DNA of 11,885 bases from Myxococcota bacterium (GTDB lineage: Bacteria > Myxococcota_A > Polyangia > Polyangiales > Sandaracinaceae), in NCBI GenBank assembly GCA_036149055.1, contig JAYZQJ010000250.1, forward strand, positions 1 through 11,885. Direction: 5' to 3'. Below, in pieces: positions 6,675-11,885 of this stretch. Made by a program: the position numbers and the translations under genes. Below the pieces are notes generated by a model. It worked only from the letters and a program-made list of their open reading frames with translations. It was not told the origin of the DNA and made no database searches. Every line of letters starts with the position of its first letter. Position 1 is the stretch's first letter.

Positions 6675-7583
6675 TTACAGCCGCGCGTGATCCTGGACGG
6701 CGAAGGTGTCGCACTGGCGGGCGTCGCCGGTGTCGAAGCCGCGGCGGAACCAGCGGATGCGCTGCTCGCTCGAGCCGTGGGTGAAGGTCGCCTCGTCGGC
6801 GTGGCCGAGGGCGTCGTCGCCGATGGAGTGGGCCGCCTGGGTCGCCTCGGCGAGGTCGGCGTCGGTGATGGAGAGCGAGGAGCGGGCGAAGTGGCCCCAC
6901 ACGCCGGCGAGGCAGTCGGCCTGCAGCTCCACGCGCACGGAGACCTGGGCGTCGCTCTCGCCGCGCACGCCGAGGCGGGTGGAGCCGATGAGGTTCTGCA
7001 CGTGGTGGCCGACCTCGTGGGCGATGACGTAGGCCTGCGCGAAGTCGCCGGGCGCGTCGAGGCGGCGGGCGAGGGTGCGGTAGAAGTCCGGGTCGATGTA
7101 GAGCCGGTTGTCGGCCGGGCAGTAGAAGGGGCCGACCGCGCTGGTGGCGTTGCCGCAGCCGCCGGTGGAGACGGCGCCCGAGAAGACGACGAGGGTCGGC
7201 GCCTGGTAGCTCGCGGGCGCGCCGCCGCCGTAGCTGGGGAGGCGCCGCTGCGCGAACTGGGCCGCCCAGACGTCCTCGGTCGAGGCGAGCACGACGCGCG
7301 AGAAGTCGCAGGCGTCGGCGTACTCCTGGGACGCCGCGCACACGCTGGAGCCCGAGGTCGCGACCTGTCCGCCGGAGCCGCCGAGGAGCTGGCGCACCGA
7401 GTCCGGGGCCAGGAAATAGACGCCGGCGCCGACCACCGCGAGCACGAGCACGCCGGGGATGCCGAACTTCCGGAGCACGATCGAGAAGAGGAAGTAGGCG
7501 AGGCCTCCGGCTCCCGCCCGGCCGGCGCGGCCCGCGCCGCGATCCTCGAAGTTCTCCGATCGCCGATGTCCGTCGATGTCCAT
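6675..7583 (-). CDS. ypfJ: YpfJ-family neutral zinc metallopeptidase
   Basis: RRSENFEDR-G N-terminus, one TM segment, GPFYCPAD, GDFAQAYVIAHEVGHHVQ (HEXXH), ELQADCLAG, FTHGSSEQR...CDTF. GAGGTGG SD. Confidence 0.93.
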   Translation of the reverse strand: MDIDGHRRSENFEDRGAGRAGRAGAGGLAYFLFSIVLRKFGIPGVLVLAVVGAGVYFLAPDSVRQLLGGSGGQVATSGSSVCAASQEYADACDFSRVVLASTEDVWAAQFAQRRLPSYGGGAPASYQAPTLVVFSGAVSTGGCGNATSAVGPFYCPADNRLYIDPDFYRTLARRLDAPGDFAQAYVIAHEVGHHVQNLIGSTRLGVRGESDAQVSVRVELQADCLAGVWGHFARSSLSITDADLAEATQAAHSIGDDALGHADEATFTHGSSEQRIRWFRRGFDTGDARQCDTFAVQDHARL

Positions 7584-7707
7584 TCGCCCACCTCACCCAA
7601 CAGATGCCCCGCGGTTGTGCGCGACCGGAGCGCGGCGCGCCACCCGAGACACGGGGTGAGATAGGCCCGCTCGGAGATTCGCACCCGCGATCCGCCCCCG
7701 CTCGCGG

Positions 7708-7713
7708 TATCCT
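7708..7713 (+). promoter_or_regulatory. Putative -10 box TATCCT upstream of the GAF gene
   Basis: TAnnnT hexamer in the divergent intergenic region, 26 nt before ATG. Confidence 0.3.
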
Positions 7714-7739
7714 CCCGATTCACCGAGAAGTACCCCGCC

Positions 7740-8303
7740 ATGGACACCGACAAAGTCATCGCCGCCTCCAAGAGCCTCCTCCGCTCCGCGTTCGACCAGG
7801 CCGCGCTGGTCGAGTTCCTCGGCCAGATCGGGGCCAGCGTCGGCGCGGACCGCGCCTACGTCTTCGAGAACGAGGACACGCCCGACGGCCGCACGCTCGC
7901 CCACCAGCGCTACGAGTGGAACAGCGGCGCCGCCGAGGCGCAGATCGACAACCCGGAGCTCCAGGGCCTGGTGATGAGCGACCTGCTCGCGCACTGGCTG
8001 GAGTCCTTCGAGCGCGGCGAGCCGCTCTTCGGGATCGTGCGCGAGATGACCCCCGCCGACCGGGAGATCCTCGGCCCGCAGGACATCCTCTCGATCCTCG
8101 TCTGCCCCATCCGGGTGCGCGGCGAGGTCTGGGGCTTCGTCGGCTTCGACGACTGCACGCGCGAGCGGGTGTGGACGACCGAAGAGCGAGGCGTGCTCAG
8201 CGTCGCCTCGAACGCCCTCGCGGCCGCGCTCCGCCACCGTCAGGTCTCGGCCGGCCTCGCCGCCTCACGCAGCGCGCTGCGCAAGGCCATCGGCGGCCCG
8301 TAG
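7740..8303 (+). CDS. Stand-alone GAF domain protein (187 aa)
   Basis: GADRAYVFEN, YEW, ILSILVCPI...VWGFVGFDDC...RVW are characteristic GAF motifs of the kind found in sensor kinases. No output domain. Confidence 0.88.
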   Translation: MDTDKVIAASKSLLRSAFDQAALVEFLGQIGASVGADRAYVFENEDTPDGRTLAHQRYEWNSGAAEAQIDNPELQGLVMSDLLAHWLESFERGEPLFGIVREMTPADREILGPQDILSILVCPIRVRGEVWGFVGFDDCTRERVWTTEERGVLSVASNALAAALRHRQVSAGLAASRSALRKAIGGP

Positions 8304-8315
8304 ACCCGGCTCGCC

Positions 8316-9716
8316 TCACTCGGGGAAGGGGATGTCCTGCCGGCCGGCCTCCGCGCGGAGGCGGGCGATGAGCGCGTCGTCGGCGGTCTCGGGCGTGTAG
8401 GGGTACTCGGCGGAGGCGTCGAAGACGGCGTCGGGCATGTGCTCGGTGAACTCGATCTCGTCGCCCGGGACCGGGCGCTCGAGGTTGCCGATGAAGCGCG
8501 CCGCGCCGCGGTCGGGGCCCTCATGAATGACCCTGTGGCCGATGGGGCCCATCGGCATGAAGACGTTGTTCTCGACGAGGAGCTGCCCCGGCGCGATGCT
8601 GACCTCCATGGCGCGGCTGACGCGCCAGTTGAAGAGGTTGTTGAACGAGTGCGCCCAGCCCTTGCGGATCAAGGGCATGCGCTGCTCACACGCCTCGTAC
8701 CAGTTGTGGTGCGCGGTCCAGCGCATGGTCTCCCCGTCGCCGCTGGGCGAGGACGCGCCCACGAGCATCGTGAAGACGTGGTTGCGGATGTGCGTGTACG
8801 AGATGGTCACCTCGGTCACGCCCTCGGTCGCGTCGAACGCGCCGTCGCGGCCGCGCTCGAGGTCCATGTGGTGCACCCACATGCGCCGGCCGCCCGCGGT
8901 GAAGCGGATGAGGTCGTCGGCGGTGTCCCGCACGCCGAAGTGGGTGAGGACGACGTTGCCCCGGCCGCCCCGGACGTAGAGACCGAAGCCGGTCACGGTC
9001 ACGTCGGCCCCGCGCCCGTCGATGGTCTTGTCGCTCTCGACGTCGATCGGCGAGCGCAGCGCGATCTCGCCGCTCACCCGGAACCGGATCCACGCCGGCC
9101 CGGTCGCCTCCGCCGCCGCGCGCAGCGAGCCGGGGCCGTCGTCGGCCAGCGTGGTGACCTCGACGATCGGCCCGCCCGCGCCGCCGGTGGTGAACCGCCC
9201 GAAGCCGACCCGCTCGTCGAGGATGCGCTCGTGCGGGGGGCGGGGATCGGCGGCGTCGACCGGCGGCCCGGCGTCGGGCGCGCCGGCGTCGGTCGCCTCC
9301 CCGCCGCACACGCAGTAGTCGGAGCCGTGCCCGGTGTCGGCGCACCCGAGCGCGGGCAGGTCGGTGCGCGGCTCGCAGGCGCCGGGCCGGTCGTCGTAGC
9401 TCGCGGTGCACGGGCGTCCGAGCGCCGCGCAGACCTCCGCGCAGCCCGCGCCGTCCTCGAAGACCACCTCGCACCGCGCCCCGTCCTCTCCGCTGTCCTC
9501 TCTGCAGAGCGACCAGCCGCGGTCCGCCGCCACCTCGGCGCACGACGGCAGCGCGCCCGCGTCGTCGGCGACCCGGGCGTCCATCGGGGCGACGCGCGCG
9601 TCCATGGGCGCGACGCGTGCGTCCTCGGCGGCGCGGCCGGCGTCCTCGGCGGGCTCCGGGTCACCGCAGGCGGCGAGGGTGAGCGACAGGATCGACCAGG
9701 CGAGCGTTCGGAGCAT
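8316..9716 (-). CDS. Polysaccharide lyase family 1 (pectate lyase-like) lipoprotein, paralog A
   Basis: Lipobox LAAC; Cys-rich domain; GFGRFTTGG, DDGPGSLR, SDKTIDGRG, WVHH, DGAFD, QRMPLIR (RxPxxR), HSFNN. Confidence 0.9.
   Translation of the reverse strand: MLRTLAWSILSLTLAACGDPEPAEDAGRAAEDARVAPMDARVAPMDARVADDAGALPSCAEVAADRGWSLCREDSGEDGARCEVVFEDGAGCAEVCAALGRPCTASYDDRPGACEPRTDLPALGCADTGHGSDYCVCGGEATDAGAPDAGPPVDAADPRPPHERILDERVGFGRFTTGGAGGPIVEVTTLADDGPGSLRAAAEATGPAWIRFRVSGEIALRSPIDVESDKTIDGRGADVTVTGFGLYVRGGRGNVVLTHFGVRDTADDLIRFTAGGRRMWVHHMDLERGRDGAFDATEGVTEVTISYTHIRNHVFTMLVGASSPSGDGETMRWTAHHNWYEACEQRMPLIRKGWAHSFNNLFNWRVSRAMEVSIAPGQLLVENNVFMPMGPIGHRVIHEGPDRGAARFIGNLERPVPGDEIEFTEHMPDAVFDASAEYPYTPETADDALIARLRAEAGRQDIPFPE
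9568..9623 (-). repeat. In-frame 21-bp tandem repeat encoding (DARVAPM) about 2.7 times
   Basis: Protein reads EDARVAPMDARVAPMDARVADDAG; the units differ at synonymous positions. Confidence 0.8.
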
Positions 9717-9799
9717 GCGGCCTCGATGGCGAGAGTTCCTGCGCCGAGGCTACACGAGCGCCGTCCGCCGAGGCGAGAGGCCCCCCTCACTGCGCCCCC

Positions 9800-11170
9800 T
9801 CACTCTGGAAACGGGACGTCTTGCCGGCCGGCCTCGGCGCGGAGGCGGGCGATGAGCGCGTCGTCGGCGGTCTCGAGCGTGTAGGGGTACTCGGCGGACG
9901 CGTCGAAGACCGCGCTCGGCATGTGCTCGGTGAACTCGATCATGTCGCCGGAGAGCGGCCGCTCGAGGTTGCCGCGCAGCCGCACCGCGCCGCGACCGGC
10001 TCCCTCGCTGACGACCTTGTGGCCGACGTTGGTCTGGGGCGCGAGCACGTTGTTCTCGACCAGCATCTGCCCGGGCGAGATGCGCACGCTCATCGCGGTG
10101 CCGCTGCGCCACTCGATGAGGTTGTTGAACGAGTGCGCCCAGCCCATGCGGATGAACGGCAGGCGCTGCACACAGTTCTCGTACCAGTTGTGGTGCCCGG
10201 TCCAGCGCATGCCCGCGCCGTCGCCGGTGTCCGAGCCGGCGCCCACCAGCATGGCCTTGTCGTGGTTGCGGATGTGGGTGAACGAGATGGTCACCTCGGT
10301 CACGCCCTCGGTCGCGTCGAACGCGCCGTCGCCGCCGTTCTCGAGGTCCATGTGGTGCACCCACATGCGCGCGCCGCCGTCATGGAAGCGGATGAGGTCG
10401 TTGGACGTGTCGCGGATCCCGAAGTGGGTCAGGATCACGTTGCCGCGGCCGCCCTGCACGAAGAGGCCCTCGCCGGTGACCGTGACGTCGGCGCCGCGCC
10501 CGTCGATGGTCTTGTCGCTCTCGACCATGATCGGGCTGGCGAGCGCGATCTCGCCGCTCACCCGGAAGCGGATCCACGCCGGCCCGCTCGCCTCCGCCGC
10601 CGCGCGCAGTGACCCGGGCCCGTCGTCGGCCAGCGTGGTGACCTCGACGATCGGCCCGCCCGCGCCCCCGGTGGTGAAGCGCCCGAAGCCGACGCGCTCG
10701 TCGAGGATCCGCTCGTGCGGCGCGAGCGAGCCCCCGCCGTCGACCGGCGGCCCCGCGTCCGGCGGCCCCGCGTCCGCCGCGACCGCCTCTCCGCACACGC
10801 AGTAGTCCGAGCCGTGCCCGGTGTCGCCGCACCCGAGCGCCGGCAGATCGCGCTGGGCCTCACACGCGCCCGGCTGATCCTCGTAGCTCTCCGCGCACGC
10901 GCGCCCGAGCGCCGCGCAGACCTCGGCGCAGCCCGCGCCGTCCTCGAAGACCACCTCGCACCGGGCCCCCGCCTCCGCGCAGACCGACCACCCGCGCGCC
11001 TCCGCGACCTCGGCGCAAGACGGCGGCGCCCCCGCGTCGTCCTCCGGCGTCGTCGCGTCCATGCCCGGCGCGCGCGCGTCCACCGCGCGGCCGCCATCTT
11101 CGGTGTCGTCGGAGCCGCCGCACGCGACGAGCGCGAGCGACAGGAGCGAGGCGGCGAGCGTGCGGGTCAC
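9800..11170 (-). CDS. Polysaccharide lyase family 1 (pectate lyase) lipoprotein, paralog B
   Basis: Lipobox LVAC; same architecture as paralog A; canonical HDKAMLVG and QRLPFIR motifs. Confidence 0.92.
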   Translation of the reverse strand: MTRTLAASLLSLALVACGGSDDTEDGGRAVDARAPGMDATTPEDDAGAPPSCAEVAEARGWSVCAEAGARCEVVFEDGAGCAEVCAALGRACAESYEDQPGACEAQRDLPALGCGDTGHGSDYCVCGEAVAADAGPPDAGPPVDGGGSLAPHERILDERVGFGRFTTGGAGGPIVEVTTLADDGPGSLRAAAEASGPAWIRFRVSGEIALASPIMVESDKTIDGRGADVTVTGEGLFVQGGRGNVILTHFGIRDTSNDLIRFHDGGARMWVHHMDLENGGDGAFDATEGVTEVTISFTHIRNHDKAMLVGAGSDTGDGAGMRWTGHHNWYENCVQRLPFIRMGWAHSFNNLIEWRSGTAMSVRISPGQMLVENNVLAPQTNVGHKVVSEGAGRGAVRLRGNLERPLSGDMIEFTEHMPSAVFDASAEYPYTLETADDALIARLRAEAGRQDVPFPE

Positions 11171-11176
11171 CGGCTC

Positions 11177-11182
11177 ACGCTA
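11177..11182 (-). promoter_or_regulatory. Putative -10 box TAGCGT, leaderless promoter of PL1 paralog B
   Basis: TAnnnT 6 nt before the GTG start; no convincing SD. Confidence 0.4.
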
Positions 11183-11236
11183 CCAGCGCGCCGGACCCTC
11201 CGGGCCGCCGGAATCGTACGCCGTACGAGACCCCGC

Positions 11237-11533
11237 TCACCGCTTCTCTCGCGGCGGGAGGAAGAAGTGGTCGCGCATCCGCCGGAGGAAGTCGGTCTCG
11301 ATCGGGTAGCCCGACGCCGATCCGATGACCGCGTCGATCCCGCACTTGGGGCAGAGCGCGGTGTCGCTGCCGATCCACTCCTCGATCGCGTCGAACGAGT
11401 AGATCTGTGCGCACGAGAAGCACCCGCACGCCGCGCTCCGCCGCAGCACCTCACGGTGCGCGTCGCACCACGTGTGCGCGTTCACGATGTCGACGGCCAG
11501 GTCGCCCGACGGCGGCAGCTTCTGTCTCGGCAT
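11237..11533 (-). CDS. Small conserved-type Cys-rich (zinc-ribbon-like) hypothetical protein (98 aa)
   Basis: CGCFSC...EWI...TALCPKCGIDAVIG...FLRRM...FF resembles a widespread uncharacterised small-protein family. AGGTGAGG SD before ATG. Confidence 0.85.
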   Translation of the reverse strand: MPRQKLPPSGDLAVDIVNAHTWCDAHREVLRRSAACGCFSCAQIYSFDAIEEWIGSDTALCPKCGIDAVIGSASGYPIETDFLRRMRDHFFLPPREKR

Positions 11534-11550
11534 GCCTCACCTTACGTGAG

Positions 11551-11714
11551 CTCGGGGACGCTCGTCGTCATATCGTCATTCGCCGTCAGGGGAGGGCCCG
11601 GGGACGCTCGTCGTCATATCGTCATTCGCCGTCGACTCGACCCGCCTCCCGCACCGCGGTCGCGATGAAGTCGGGGAGGGGCCCCGGGGACGCTCGTCGT
11701 CATATCGTCATTCG
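11551..11714 (-). repeat. Cluster of three reverse-orientation copies of the 32-bp repeat (R4 11551-11582, R5 11597-11628, R6 11683-11714)
   Basis: CCCGGGGACGCTCGTCGTCATATCGTCATTCG. R5 and R6 are exact and R4 has one mismatch (11552). Intervening sequences are 14 and 54 bp. Confidence 0.95.
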
Positions 11715-11885
11715 ATCTCGACTCGATGGCTCCTGGTCCGCGGGCCCTCAGGAGGTGGCAAACAATGGCGCCGAGGCACCCCCGCCCGCTTCCACGACAC
11801 TGACCCGAGACGACGGCAGGCGACGAGCGCAGCGAGGTCGCCGCACGCGCCACTCGAGTCGTTCGATCCCGCGGCAGCGGGCGGC

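Noticed and set aside
3316..11582. Transposon bounded by R3 and R4 as terminal inverted repeats
   Set aside because: No transposase and no evident target duplication. If GGGG marks the outer end as in Tn3-type IRs, these copies face the wrong way for this interval.
3522..11668. Many long overlapping ORFs (e.g. 3522..5033-, 5663..6784+, 6430..7596-, 6687..7664+, 8439..9884+, 10715..11668+)
   Set aside because: Antisense or off-frame shadows of better-supported genes, expected in high-GC DNA with few stop codons.
11551..11714. CRISPR array
   Set aside because: Spacers of 14 and 54 bp are unequal and share sequence, the same repeat is dispersed at kb spacing elsewhere, and there is no AT-rich leader or cas gene in the window.
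11831..11850. AGCGAGGTCG-n4-ACGCGC similarity to the flank upstream of R3 (3297-3316)
   Set aside because: 16/20 match in very GC-rich DNA, not followed by the repeat; may be chance.

Overview
High-GC bacterial DNA (roughly 70-75% by eye). Gene style suggests Myxococcota/Polyangiales: lipoproteins with DAG linkers, Cys-rich domains, an FHA protein and a STAS/SEC14-like protein (inference only). The right part holds recognisable genes: a STAS/SEC14-like protein, an LRR-FHA protein, a YpfJ-type zinc metallopeptidase, a stand-alone GAF protein, two tandem PL1 pectate-lyase-like lipoproteins and a small Cys-rich protein. The left 5 kb looks accessory, with orphan lipoproteins, a membrane protein and gene fragments. 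The most striking unexplained signal is a near-invariant 32-bp repeat, CGAATGACGATATGACGACGAGCGTCCCCGGG, found six times. Three direct copies about 1 kb apart (1247, 2297, 3316) each bracket one full-length gene. Three closely spaced copies in the opposite orientation lie at 11551-11714. Apparently truncated reading frames and a duplicated 43-bp RBS/start segment sit next to these repeats, which suggests recombination or cassette sites or a new dispersed-repeat family. No recombinase, transposase or cas gene is visible in the window.
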